Source: Psammoneis japonica (lineage: Eukaryota). Taken from it: a DNA stretch of 64,000 nt. The notes under the pieces were generated by a model that worked only from the letters and a program-made list of their open reading frames with translations, had not been told where the DNA came from and did not search any database. Below, piece by piece: positions 11,630 through 24,990 of this stretch. The DNA is taken from assembly GCA_008632985.1 (NCBI GenBank), contig QPGO01000242.1, positions 1 through 64,000 on the forward strand, in the 5' to 3' direction. The position numbers and the translations under genes were made by a program. Positions within the stretch are counted from its first letter, which is position 1; each line of letters opens with the position of its first letter.

Positions 11630-12600
11630 TCAAACCAAGTCGTGCGCGATTGGAGCAAATGTAAAGAGCACATGTACTGCATGGTCTTGAATGCACTTTA
11701 ATGCAATGTTCACAGCCAGGAATGTCTTTCCTGAACCTGCAACTGCTTTGACATGAACTCGTGCCATGTCCCAGATTCCTTTAAGCACTTCCCGTTGGTG
11801 TGGAGTGAGGACTTTTAATTGCAAGATGAGGTCTTCATGATGCACTTTAGCAATTGAAGTGCAATCAAAAGCAATCAGTTCATCACAGTTCAAGAAAAAT
11901 TCAAGTGACAGCAGCTTCCTTGTGGTGTCTTCATTGTCAGCGACAATGAGATTGCAAAGCGTGGTGGAGCAATGAATGTTGCCAAGGCACACCCTGACCT
12001 GCAGAGTGCTGCAATCACTGTGCAACAATGTTGGCATGTGACATGCTTGATTGCCGGGTTTGTTGGTGAAAATTCAAGATTCTCTTGAGTGGTCAGATCT
12101 GGAACACAAAACACCTCTTGATTGCTTGCAACTGGCCAAACAATGCATGTTGTCTCATGCAGCACCAGTGCAACAACATCAGCTCCTGTGGGCTCTTTGT
12201 CAAATTGACAAACATTGGCAACCTCATCAAAGAATTCTTTCAGCTAAAAAAAAACAGTGGCAGTTTCTGCATCACTGGCAACAATGTGTGCAGTGCATTT
12301 GCAGCTGTCTGCAAGTTTTGAAACAGCATCAGCAAGATTGTTTGACTTGCTGAAGTTTCCCTTCTTGAGATTGACCCAAATGACAACCCTCTCTTCTCAA
12401 GTCTCCCTGATGAAGCTGGCAATGTTTTCCACACTGGTGAATTGACATTCTTTGGGTGCAAATCTTGGGTGCACCAAAACTTGCAAATTTCCTTTGCTGT
12501 GGCTCTCTGATGAGAAATGGCAACCTTGCATTCTGCTCATCCTTGATGACCAACTCAGAGCCCAATGGTTTGGACATCACCACATGGATCTTTTGTTCTG
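11630..12600 (-). pseudogene. Degraded P-loop NTPase/helicase-like gene
   Basis: VLTPHQREVL...VKAVAGSGKTFLAV (Q motif plus Walker A). Fragmented frames and TpA depletion. Upstream extent approximate. Confidence 0.6.
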
Positions 12601-14119
12601 CATGGAAACTGTTCAGCCACAGGCCAGCCGATGTGGAGCTTGCAAAGGAGAAATGTCCAAGGCATCAGCTGAGGTCATCGGAGCCAGAGCCACAAAGCTG
12701 GCAGGCTGAGCACACCAACTGCAACCACCAACTGCATTGAATGGCAAACCACCAACTGCACTGAATGGAAAACACCAGCTGCAACATCAGAGGCCACAAC
12801 ACAGTGGTGTTCAATTTTCTTTGTGCAATTTGTGCCAATGAACGTCGCACACATTAATCTTTTATTTTGAGTGCTTGCATCTGACAGCAATTGGCACACT
12901 TCTTTTGAGTGTTGCGCTGCACATCACTGCAAATGAGATTCTCTTCATTTGTGCTCCGAATGTTTCATTCTGAGCAGCGCTTTGTTTGACATTCAGAGCA
13001 AATGAGAGTCAATTGAGGCGACAACACCCACGCAGAGCACAATCAGAGTAAATTTGGTCATTCGGAGCCACAGAATTTTGTTCAGAGCATTGCATTCAGA
13101 GCATTAATTTGCAAATTAGAGCATTGTGCTGACATTCAGAGTGCTGCTGCGATTGTGTCCATTCAATCAGAGCACGACTCTGAACAAAGTTTGGATGCCC
13201 GCGCATCTCCATTTAATTGGAGCACAGCTCTGAGTGAAGTTTGGATGCCTGACGGACAACGAGCTTCTCTGTTTGAACAGATCATGACTCTGAACAAATT
13301 TGTTGATGCTCTGAACAACTGTCATTTAAGAAGCTGTGCTTCGATTAACTCTGTGAACAAACACATCCGCCGAACTCTGACTGTGCCAGTGAAATCAATC
13401 CCAAGCAATTGCACTGCATTGCATTTGTTTGTTGTTGTCATTTTGGGTTATCCTTTGGCGTCAGTTGTTAGATGCAGCTGACATGGCCTTTTGAAAACAC
13501 TGCACACATGGTGCAAACCTGCAATTGCAAGAACCATTCAATGCGTTCATGCAAACCCAAACTGCCTTTCTTTGTCCCACCTTGTAACTGCTTGATCCAA
13601 AAACAACATCGCACTTTTTGCCACAGCACTTTGCAGGGAACAGTGGGTTTGTTTTGAAGCACGCTTGAGCAAAATATTTTCCATCATCTTGATGGACCAA
13701 GGCATGGATCAAGTGAGCCTCCTTGCACTTGCATTGCAAACACAAACAAACAAAAACAATTGGTTTGCGTGCGACAACAAGACAACGCAACAACAGGCAT
13801 GCCAAATCAACAATGACATTTGTTCTGTGCCTGGGAATTGCAAGCAGTTGTTTCATCCGCTTGAGCAACAACAAGGGTTGCAGTTTTGTGTGTGCATTTG
13901 TTCTTTGCTGTCTTTGTCTTTGTTGCAAACAAACAACAAAAGTGAGAGGTGTTTCCAAGAAATTGAGCACAGTCCGCACCACTTCATCATGCATTCTCAC
14001 CGTTTTGTTTTGCAACAGATTTGACAATGGTTTAGAGTGGTTGGCTGGTTGAGTCTGCAAAGAAGTGCCATCATGACACACATTGAATGCCGTTAGATCA
14101 ACTTCTCAATGGCAACCCA

Positions 14120-14680
14120 GAGCACCAACAATGCTCTCACCTTTTCATTTGCACCATTTGCCATTGTCTCTTCAACCTTTCTCATTGCAAACAACAATGA
14201 CTGTGTGAGACATGTCCAATGAATTGCACAATTGGCTGCAAGACAGTGTGATCTTACTGTCTTCTGTGGGGTGCTCTCTCTGGCATTTCAGCAACTGGGG
14301 ACAGTTGAGTCTGGCATCCAGCAATGACGCCCAAAAGTTGTTAGAGCAATGGTTTTCATTGGCAACTGGAGCACCGACAATGCTCTCACCTTTTCATTTG
14401 TGCCAATGGCAACCACCTCATTTGCCCAGTCATGAAGAACAGCAGGAACAGTGTGGCTGGTCAATCCAATCCATGTGTCACATTGAGCCTCAGAACTCTG
14501 TTCACTCACCTGTTTTTTTTTTTGCGCTTGCTCCAGTGTTTCATCAATCTGGGATGGTTTGGTGTGGCATCCAGCAACCCAATGATGCCAAAGAGCTGTT
14601 AGAGCAACAGTCCAAATCAACAGCTGGAGCACCGACAATGCTCTCACCTTTTCTTTTGCACCAGTTGACTCCATCTCATT
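14120..14680. repeat. ~250-bp degenerate tandem repeat
   Basis: gagcacc(a/g)acaatgctctcaccttttc near 14120, 14369 and 14627. Confidence 0.8.
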
Positions 14681-14744
14681 GACCTTTGCATGAAGAATGG
14701 TGGCATGAGAGACATGCAATTCAGCCACATGACACATGACATTT

Positions 14745-17130
14745 TTCTTGCTGGAGGATGATCTTAAAACTCCGGCGATCCAAACGGATCTTGCATCAGT
14801 CGATCAGGCTTTGATCAAACAACTTGCCATCCCAGAACAGGGTGCCAATGCTGACTTCCCTGAACTCCCTGACAACTTCATGGACGAATGGGACGATGCT
14901 GTTGAACCCATGGAACCCGACACTTCCAAACCAGAAGCTGATGAGTGCACCCCGGAGGGGCTTGACGAATGCCTCACAGTTCAAGTCATGTCACCACGTG
15001 GAGGTGAGCTGACCCATGCTGGGGTCATTGCACACAAACGGGATGGTGACGGGGTTCCTGTTGGCACCAGGAATGATGACAACCCTGTCCTGGACTCAAG
15101 GACACACGATGTGGAATTCCCTGATGGATCCACTGACTCCTGTGCTGCTGACGCAATTGCAGAAAATCTGTTCACTCAGATGGACTCTGAAGGCAATGCC
15201 TGCCAGATCATGAAGGAAACAGCTGATCACCGAAGTGATGCCCATGCCGCAAAGGCTGATGACAGGTGCACAACGACCAAGACTGGCAGGCGTGCTCCTG
15301 GGAGGATGACCGCAGGCTGGGACCTGCAAGTTGAATGGAAGGATGGGACTGCATCCTGGGTTCCCCTCAAGGATTTGAAGAAATCTGATCCAGTCGAGGT
15401 TGCTGAGCACGCTGCAGCAAACAAGGCAGCCAACAAACTGGCTTTTAACTGGTGGGTCCAAGACGTCTTGCATCACAGGTTGAGGATCTTAAAGAAAGTC
15501 AAGTCGCATCACTGGAAACGCACGCATGAGTTCAGAATTGAGCTCCCGAAATCTGTCAAGGAAGCTGTGGAGACAGATGACAGAATGGGGGCTGACTTCT
15601 GGTTCAAGGCTGTCAAGAAGGAAGTGTGAAACATCATGCCTGTGTTCAAGTTCCGCGATGACAACACTGTGCCGGTCGGGTGCAAACATGTTGATTGTCA
15701 TGTGATCTTTGACATCAAAAGCACCCTCCAATGTCAAGCAAGGTTCATGGCCAGAGACCATCAGACCAATCCACCCAAGGAATCGACCTGTTCCAGCGTG
15801 GTTTTGCATGATGGCGTTAGGATGGCATTCACCACAGCAGCTCTCAACGACCTGGAGGTCCTGAGTGCCGATGTTCAGAATGCCTGCTTGAACGCACACA
15901 CCAAGGAGAAGTGTTGTGCTGCTGCTGGCCTGGAATTTGGGAAGCACAATGAAGGAAGGCCGGCAATTGTTGTCCGAGCCTCACATGGTCTCAAATCTTC
16001 AGGTGCAAGATTTGGGGAGCCCATGGCTGCTGCTTTGCGCGATGCTGGATTCAAGTCTTGCAAGGCCAACCCAGACGTTTGGATGCAAGCTGCGGTTGAG
16101 CCGGATGGCTTCAAGCACTGGGAACACGCACTTGTTGACATGGACAAGTTGCTGTGTGCCTCACATGAACCTCAAAAGATCATGGATTGCATGAGCTCTG
16201 GATGCACACTCAAGGACGGAAGTGTCTGCAAGCCGGAGGAGCACTTGGGTGCCCAGATCAGAAAGTGCCAGCAGTCTGACTTGGACAGCAAGACACGCTG
16301 GGCCATGTCCTCTGACCTTTGTGTCAAACGGGCATTGGCTGATGTTGAGTTGGAGCTCAAGAAAACTGACAGGCATCTTCCGACAAAGGCGTCAACGCCC
16401 TTGAGCTCGGGACACAGGCCTGAACTGGACGGTTCGCCTGAGTTGAATGCCAAAACGGCCAACTGTCATCAAGGCTTTGTTGGTGTGCTCCGATGGTCAG
16501 TTGAACTGGGGCAAGTGGACATTTTTGTTGCTGTCTCACTCATGTCCTCCTGCTTGGCGGCACCGCGAGTTGGACGTGTTCCAGGTCCAGGTGGGACCTT
16601 GCACCACTGAACTGTGACATCGACAGTTTTTTGAATTGCGTCGCATGTCGCGCGCACAAATTTCTGCGTGATGTTGGCAAAATTTTGTGTGATTTTACAG
16701 TGCAATTGTCAGGCAATCCATTCAACAACTTTTTACATTTTTTCCTTCTGCACCATTCTCGAGTGTCTTGAGAATGGCGCAGGGCAGGCACGCTGTCCAA
16801 AACTTTGAGTGCAAACAGAGATGCATGCACTGCAAACTTGGCCGTTTGTTTTACGTCAAAGATGAATGTGTCCATTGAAAAGAGTGCTAACTGCAGAGCT
16901 CGCACGCAGAATTCTGCAGAGCAAATGTCACAAAAAGTCCCACCTGGGACTGGAACCCATCGTTGGACACCTGGACGAGGTGCTCCACATCTTCACGCAC
17001 TTGAAGGCCCGCTCTGAGTCTGCGCTGGTGTTTGACGACACTGAGCCCATCTTTGATGAGAGTCGTTTTACCAAGTGCAATTGGGAAGAACACTGTCCTG
17101 GTGTGGCTGAGCCGATGCTGCCAAACATGC
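14745..17130 (+). mobile_element. Ty1/Copia (diatom CoDi-like) pol relic: post-integrase region and reverse transcriptase
   Basis: VEFPDGS...IAENLF, GWDLQVEWKDG..SWVPLKDLK, CHVIFDIK, DVQNACLNA, HGLKSSGARF, GVLRWSVELG. Internal TGA stop at 15627; interrupted by a MITE. Confidence 0.93.
16573..16961. mobile_element. 389-bp MITE (family A) inserted in Copia RT, TSD GTTG
   Basis: Imperfect 25-bp TIRs gacgtgttccaggtccaggtgggac / gtcccacctgggactggaacccatc. GTTG at 16569-16572 and 16962-16965. Removal restores APRVGHLDEV. Confidence 0.9.
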
Positions 17131-17930
17131 AATCTGCTTTCTCCTTGCAAGCGTCAATCTTTCGGAACACTCTCTTTGTCTCTTCTGCACATCGCAGTTT
17201 GCAGTTGAGACCGCTGTTGGACGAAAACACGCCAAGATCCAGCAGCTGGTTTTTGTGGCTGTTTTTCAGTCTTCCAGCCTTCCATGCTTGCTTTTGCATG
17301 TCCAGCGAATTTCCAAGTCTTTCTCCATTTTCAATGTGACAATGGGGCACTTTGCAGCTTCCCTCGTGCACCACAAACTGTTTGAGAAGAGAAAACACAG
17401 TCTCCCAATGCTCAGCCAGAATGTCCCACTTGGCTCTGGCCTTCTTCAGTCATTCCTGTTGAGAAGTGTCAAGTTTCCTTTTCCTTGTGGCATCCCGTTG
17501 GTGGCTTGACCATTTTCCAAGGTTCTTCCCATCCTCGTTGTGCCCCCTTGGCATGTTTCTGTGTCCCTCCCGTTTCGTGAATTGCTTGAGAAGAGAGGGC
17601 ATTGTGCCCCATTGATTTTCCCACAAGAGCCGCTCAACACCAGCCTCCTCAAGTTTTTCTTCTTTTTCAATGTTGAGCTTGCCAAGCTTGTGTTTTGTGG
17701 CCATTGGTTGTCCAACCAAATTCCAAGAGCAAAGCCAGCCTCAGCACATTTGTTGGGAACATTGCATCTGCCTTCTCTCTCCAAGCAAACCAAGATCAGG
17801 CTGCAAGCACAACACGGTGCTAATCTCAGCAACACAGCATTGTGGAAATGTGCTCTTTGTGCCAGAGGCATGTGTTTGTGAACAACATGTTTCGCTGGCA
17901 GCACTGCCAACAGATTTTCTCTTTTTTCTT
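17131..17930 (-). pseudogene. Helicase-associated (HA) domain repeat protein relic
   Basis: QWGTMPSLLKQFTKREGHRNMP...LGKWSSHQR and HWETVFSLLKQFVVHEGSCKVP...LG repeats typical of HA domains; internal stops. Confidence 0.8.
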
Positions 17931-18322
17931 TTTTGCATGTTTGTTTTCCTTGAAACGACATGTTTGTTTTCCTTAAAATGACTTGTTTGTTTTCCTTGAA
18001 AGAACATGTTTGTTTTTCTTGAAAGAGCATGTTTGTTTTCCTTGAAAAGACACGCTTGTTTTCCTTGAAAAGACACACTTGTTTTCCTTGCAACAACTTC
18101 TTTGTTTTCCTTTTCCTTGAAACAACATGTTTGTTTTCCTTGAAACAACTTGTTTGTTTTCCTTGAAACAACATGTTTGTTTTCCTTGAAAAGACACGCT
18201 TGCTTTCCCTGAAAGAACATGTTTGTTTTCCCTGAAAGAACATGTTTGTTTTCCTTGAAAGAACATGTCTTGAAAGAACATCCTTGAAAAAACTTGTTTG
18301 TTTTCCCTGAAACAACATGTTT
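17930..18322 (-). repeat. 23-bp satellite array
   Basis: Tandem reverse-complement copies of TTTCAAGGAAAACAAACATGTCG. Confidence 0.95.
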
Positions 18323-18342
18323 GCGAATGAATGCTGACACAC

Positions 18343-21300
18343 TGTCACAAACACAGGCAGTTTGTGTGCCATTGGCAATTGGCAGTGGTCCCAGTGGTGT
18401 GACATCTCACAATTCCAGAACCTGTTGATGCTGTGCAACACTCCATCTTGTCTTGTGCCCAATTCTCAGCTGTCATGGTGGCATTTGTTCACTTTGTCAG
18501 AGCCAATGCACCATGATGTTCATTGCCTGGAATGGGCATCACAAACAGTGCAATGGCATTGTTGCAATTGACCGACTTTTGTGGCAAGCGCCATGCAGGT
18601 CCCATGGTTGCTCGCGCAATCGCTGAGTCCTTTGTGCGCATCAATGTTCATGGATGTGAATGACATGCTCTTGGAGACCAGAGCTGTGATCCGTTGGACA
18701 TGACATTGGTGGACGGAATGTTTGATCATGTGGATGGAATGTGTTGGCTAAGACATGTGAACATTTGTGACAAAGACAACATGATGATTCATGCGTTGAG
18801 GTCTGTCATTTGACCACATGCATTTGATTGATCAAAACACATTGTCAAACTGCTTGGACACTGCACATGTGGACACATGTCTGTTGGAAATTGTTGCTTG
18901 GGAGTGCCGCCGCCTGCTCACGGGTTTGCTGAGTGGAAACCGCCAAATTGGCATGAGAGCCACACATTTTCTCACTTTTCTCCACTCACACAAGTGGATG
19001 CTCACACGTCAAAACGCGAACAACTGCTGATGCACCATGGCCGCTGCCGCAACCTTTGCTGCTTGTCTGATGCATTGTGGATGCAATGCGCAGACGCGCA
19101 CCTGCATGGCCGGTCAAGGCTTTGCCACCACTCAGGACTTGGAACAGGTCCCTTTGGCAGAAATTGCTGCCATGACCAAGGGTGTCATGAAGAGCATGGA
19201 CACCGCCGCCAACCCTCAAGTCTGCTTCCCGTGCCCAGCGAATCGCAAGTTCAAGGCACTGTGTGCATGGATTGACTGCCGCAGGGTCCGGAATCAACAG
19301 CCAACTGCTGCTCTCTTTGCTGGCAATGTTGTTGGGACATGGACGGCGGGTCTCACAGAATTGGAACAATTTAAGTCAGCGGACTCAGACGATGAATCGG
19401 CTGCCAAGACGGCCATGGAACTCAAGAATCTGTGTGACTGGCCTGCCTTCCAAGAGTTGCTGGAGACTGAACTGTGCCACCACTGCAGTGCCGTCACTGG
19501 TGCACCCCTTGTCTGCCCAACCAGGGAGCATGAAGACGTCACTGCCGAAATGTTGGCTGCCACCTGCTCCACCATTGACAAAGACCTCATTGCTGCCACC
19601 CAACCAACAGGAGTGCAGCATGCACAGGATGGGCAATGCCTGCATGATCTTTTGAAGAAGCCAGTGATGGGGGAACCCGGATGGGCTTTTGCCAAACCTT
19701 CCAATCACAATCGCGATGGTCGCACTGCCTTCTTTGCACTTGAGAGGCAGGCGGAAGGATCGGCTGCCACCACCACCCACAAGAGCCGTGCCCATGCACA
19801 GATTGCTGCCGCAAAGCACGCCGGACAGGGTCGTTTTGCTTTTGACCAGTGCATTCAATGCCATCGTGAGGCTCACAACGACTTGTCCGAGCTGCTGTGC
19901 CCCAACCAACTGCAAGCAAATGGACCGACTGTCCATTGCATCCCTCGCCAGTTTGATCCCAACAGCACACACTCTGTTGTTTTCCCTGACTTGAAAATCA
20001 GGGTGCCTTTGTGCATGCAAGGTGTTGCTTTGGTCTTTGACTCACATGAGCCGACTCAGGAGGATCTGGAGAACCTCCCCAGCTGGAGCTCACACCACCC
20101 CTTGGATGGGAACCTTCTGCTGATGCCATGGTGCAAAAGGAGGAAGAGTGCGCATGTGCCAGTTTGCACCAAGGATCAGTGAAGTCTGACGGACAGTCGA
20201 CAATGATGAATGTGACCAGGTGTGTCACTTCAACTCATTTGTGTCAGACATCCCATCATGATGAGACGCCAATGGCAATGATTCTCTGCATCACTGCTTG
20301 GTTGCTCAGGCAAATGTCTCTCACAACGACATTGAGGGAGACGGGCCACATGACCGGCACAATCCAGACGTCCACCCGGATTGTGCTGAGCGGAAAAGGG
20401 TGCATGCACTGTCAACCTTGAGTCGTGCATCAACTGTCATGCCCAAGATGCTCTCCAAGAGGTGGAACATTGGCCTGATGGCCGCCAAGAACACCCTCAG
20501 AGTGACAACCCAGGCAGGGGTCCGCAACATCCACACGCCATCCAAATGGAAAGTCCAGAAGAAAGCCCCTTGGCTTGAGTTCCCTGCTGTCAAGGGATGC
20601 TTCCACTCAGACCAAATGTTTTTGAAGGTCAAATTGATGCATGGCAAGATGGGAGGAAGCATGTTTGCCAACGAAAGAGGGTGTGATGGGTTCCATCCTT
20701 GGAAGAGAGAGCAGGACCACCCAATGCCTTCATGTCATTCATGCATGACATTGGCGTGCTGCAAGTCCTTGTGTCGGATGGTGCACCAGAAATGGCAGAA
20801 GGCCAGACCAAGGACATTTGCAAGGAACACAGGATGCACCAGGAGGTGTCCACCCCATGCAGCCCCTGGCAGAACCTGGCCGAGGCATCCATTTGTGAGT
20901 TGAAGAAGAGAGTCCGCATGACTCTACGCCGGACTGGCGCTCACAGGCAACTTTGGTCCTGCAGTGCCAAATGGACATGCGACATCCAACGCATGATTGA
21001 GGCTGGCATTTTGGATGTGGGAGGATGAGTCCCAGAAGAAGAGGTGACAGGTTCAACACCTGACATCTCATCCCTCTCTCTCTCTTTGATTGGTGTCAAC
21101 CTGTTTGCTGTTGCACGCCTGTGGTGGAGTTCCCACACAAGAAGAAGTGCATTGGCCATTGGCTCGGAGCAGCTGACAACTGCACTGACGACATGGCATT
21201 TGTCATCCTGCCTGAATCAGGCAGACCCATCATTTGGAAAGATGTGTGGGCCATGCCAGAGGATGATCTTAAAACTCTGGCGATCCAAGCGGATCTTGCA

Positions 21301-22060
21301 TCAGTCAATCAGGCTTTGATCGAATGACTTGCCATCCCGGAACAGGGTGCCAATGCTGACTTCCCTGAACTCCCTGATGACTTCATGGACGAATGGGGCG
21401 ATGCTGTTGAACCCGTGGAACCCGATGCTCCCAAACCAGAAGCTGATGAGTGCACCCCGGAGGGGCTTGACGAATGCCTCACAGTTCAAGTCATGTTGCC
21501 ACGTGGAGGTGAGCTGACCCATGCTGGGGTCATTGCACACAAACGGGATGGTGATGGGGCTCCTGTTGGCACCAGGAATGACAACCCTGTCCTGCACTCA
21601 AGGACACACGACGTGGAATTCCCTGATGGATCCACTGACTCCTGTGCTGCCGGTGCAATTGCAGGAAATCCATTCACTCAGACAGACTCTGAAGGCAATG
21701 CCTGCCAGATCATGAAGGAAACAGTCGACCACCAAAGTGATGCCCGTGCCACAAAGGCTGATGACGGGTGCACAACGACTGAGACTGGCAGGCGTGCTCC
21801 TGGGAGGACGACCGCAGGCTGGGACCTGCAAGTTGAATGGAAGGGTGGGACCACATCCTGGGTTTCCCTCAAGGATTTGAAGGAATCTGATCCAGTCAAG
21901 GTTGCTGAGCATGCTGCAGCAAACAAGGCAGCCAGTGAACCAGCTTTTTTAACTGGTGGGTCCAAGACATCTTGCGTTGCAGGTCAAGGATCTTAAAGAA
22001 AGTCAAGTTGCATTGCTGGAGACGCATGCACAAGTTCGGAGCTGAGCTCCTGAAATCTGT
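18343..22060 (+). mobile_element. Copia relic: putative 5' LTR (~18343-18780), gag, internal deletion, integrase and downstream region
   Basis: tgtcacaaa at 18343 and tttgtgaca ending 18772. Gag-like ORF from 19037 (RDGRTAFFALERQAEG). Integrase motifs LSKRWNIGL, VLVSDGAPEM, TPCSPWQNLAEASI. LTR limits tentative. Confidence 0.85.
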
Positions 22061-22069
22061 CAAAGAACT

Positions 22070-22778
22070 GTTCATTCCTCCTTCTGAGGTTTCTCGTGGG
22101 TGCTGCGTCCAAACTGCATGCCTGTGTTGGCAGCAGGTGGCTCATCTGACTCTTTGGAGTCCTTTGTCCATCAGCAGGTTGAGGCTCAGCAACAGCCGCC
22201 CTTTTCACAGTGTGAGTGTCAGCGTCGACCAACTCAGCCTCCAAGGATGCCTCTGCTGCTTTGCATTTCTTCCCAGCTTTCTTGGCCTCATTGAGCTTCT
22301 CAACTTGCTCTTGCTCAGGACCATCAAGAGCACTCCACTCTTAAGTGGGGCAATGGCCTGCCTGGATCCTGGGCTTGTCCTTTTCAGGTTGGTGCTTGCC
22401 CTCAGAGTTTCTGCGACGGCTGTTGTGGCATTGGACGGATGCGGCCATGCGAGCATCAGCGTTGTGGTTCTTGGCATTCTCCACCAGAATCTTTGCATGC
22501 TGATGGCATGCTTTGAAATCTGCTGGCTTCATCGGATCTCCATCCACTGTGCTCTCACCAGTCTCCAACCCAGGGTCGGAGACACCCTCGATAAAGTCAG
22601 AGACCTTCTTGGTCTCAGCCACCGGCTCATCGAGCTCAGACAAGTCATTGCAAGCCTTCTGATGGCATTGGATGCACTGGTCAAAAGCAAAACAACTCCG
22701 GTGCACTTTGCGGTGGCAATCTGTGCATGGGCACGGTTCTTGTGGGTGGTGGCAGCAGCCGATCCTTCCGCCTGCCCA
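22070..22778 (-). mobile_element. Copia gag C-terminal fragment
   Basis: FDQCIQCHQKACNDLSELDEPVAETKKVSDFIEGVSDP; homologous to 29870-30566. Confidence 0.85.
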
Positions 22779-23290
22779 CATGTCTTTTCAAGCAAAACAA
22801 ACATGTCTTTTCAAGGAAAACAAACATGTCTTTTCAAGAAAAACAAGCGTGTCTTTTCAAGAAAAACAAACATGTCATTTCAAGGAAAACAAACAAGTCT
22901 TTTCAAGGAAAACAAACATGTCATTTCAAGGAAAACAAACATGTCGTTTCAAGGAAAACAAACATGTCTTTTCAAGGAAAACAAACATGTTGTTTCAAGG
23001 AAAACAAACATGTCGTTTCAAGGAGAACAAACATGTCTTTTAAAGGAAAACACACATGTCGTTTCAAGGAAAACAAACATGTCGTTTCAAGCAAAACAAA
23101 CATGTTGTTTTAACGAAAACAAACATGTGTTTTTAAGAAAAACAAACATGTCTTTTCAAGGAAAACAAACATGTTGTTTCAAGGAAAACAAATGTGTCGT
23201 TTCAAGGAAAACAAATGTGTTCTTTCAAGGAAAACAAACATGTCATTTCAAGGAAAACAAACATGTCGTTTCAAGGAAAACAAACATGCA
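22778..23290 (+). repeat. 23-bp satellite array
   Basis: Tandem TTTCAAGGAAAACAAACATGTCN. Confidence 0.95.
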
Positions 23291-24990
23291 AAAAAGAAAA
23301 AAGAGAACATCTGTTGACAGTGCTGCCAGCAAACCATGTTGTTCACAAATGCGTGCCTCTGGCACAAAGAGCACATTTCCACAATGCGGTGTTGCTGAGA
23401 TTAGAGCTGTGTTGTGCTTGCGGCCTGCTCTTCCCAACGAATGTGCTGAGGATGGCTTGGCTCTTGGAATTTGTTTGGACAACCAGCTGCCACAAGACTT
23501 GTTCCAGACTTGGGTGCACTCACGCGCGAAAAAATGACCCTTTTTGCATGAAACGCGCGGTCCACACTTGCTGCGCCATTTTCGACAGTAAAAACATGAC
23601 AATTTACAAATGCGCAGTTATGGGCACACACAGAATTGTCTTGTGCGTGCACCCAAGCATTCGAAACTGTTGGTGGACTCAGTTGTTGTCATTTGCCAAA
23701 TTGCGCCGTAAGTTGAGAGCTCGAATTTTCCGATGAGCGATTTGCACATGCCCGAATGCAACAAGAAACACATGAAATGTTGTTGACAAACACAAATTGA
23801 GTCTTTAACATGGCACAATTGATGTTTTGTTTTCACACGCGAGTGCGAGTTACACTCAACGGATCGAACAAAGCATTCGTTGATCAATGAGTTTAGGACA
23901 ACGTGAGAAGAAGTGCAGCTCAGCCCACGCAATGGCGTCACCTTCGGACCAATTTTCATGGTTTAAAAGGCACAAACGATTGACACACTTGAACCAGTCA
24001 AACACATTGAGGAAACACACATGGCAACAGAAAAGAGATGGTCCTTGGAGGCAAATTGTGAGTGAACAGAGGCTCAATTGTTGTTGCTGACAGATTTGGC
24101 ATCATTGTGCCACGCTGCAGCCTTCAACAAGCATTTTCACTGTTGTTGTTGATGACACAGACTATGTCAAATACGGAGATCCGGGTCAAGACATTCAATT
24201 TTCCACAAGGCTGAAAAAAGTGGGCCATCATGGTCACTGAAAGTCATGGCCGGTTTGGCTGTTTGTTTGTTCGAGTTCATTCTGCTCATTTTACTTCTGA
24301 GCCATTGATGTGATCAATTTTATCAAATGTGCAAACGGTGTTCAACAAAGCATTAAAAAATTATTTTTTCTGCAAAAAGGGGCATGTGCGCGCCACCCAA
24401 GTCTGGAACAAGTCACAAAACACAAGCTCAGCAAGCTCAACATTGAAAAAGAAGAAAAACTTGAGGAGGCTGGTGCCAAGCGGCAGTTGTGGGAAAATCA
24501 ATGGGGCACAATGCCCTCTCTTCTCAAGCAATTCATGAAATGGGAGGGACATTGCAACATGCCAAGGGGCCACAACGAGGATGGGGAGAACCTTGGAAAA
24601 TGGTCAAGTGACCAATGGGATGCCACAAGGAAAAGGAAACTTGATGCTTCTCAACAGGAATGACTGAAGAAGGCCAGAGCCAAATGGGACATTCTGGCTG
24701 AGCATTGGGAGACTGTGTTTTCTCTTCTCAAACAGTTTGTGGTGCATGGGGGGAAGCTGCAAAGTGCCCCATCATCACACTGAAAATGGAGAGAGACTTG
24801 GACATTGGCTGGATGCGCAAAAGCAAGCATGGAAGGCTGGAAGACTGAAGAACAGCCGCACAAACTGGCTGCTGGATCTTGGCAAGTTTTCATCCAACAG
24901 CAGTCTCCGCTGCAAACTGCGATGTGCAGAAGCGGAAGAGACAAAGAGAGTGCTCCAAAAGATTGACGCTTGCAAGGAGAAAGCAGACTC
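23290..24990 (+). pseudogene. HA-domain repeat protein relic interrupted by a MITE
   Basis: Same HA repeats as 17131-17930 and 31010-31780. Confidence 0.8.
23496..24414. mobile_element. 919-bp non-autonomous DNA transposon (family B), perfect 21-bp TIRs, TSD ACAA
   Basis: gacttgttccagacttgggtg at 23496-23516 and its reverse complement at 24394-24414. ACAA on both sides. Empty site present in paralogs near 17700 and 31210. Confidence 0.93.

Noticed and set aside
14736..16610. Alternative genetic code explaining the absence of Tyr
   Set aside because: Neighbouring host genes use TAY for conserved Tyr, and TpA loss affects all codon positions and non-coding repeats.
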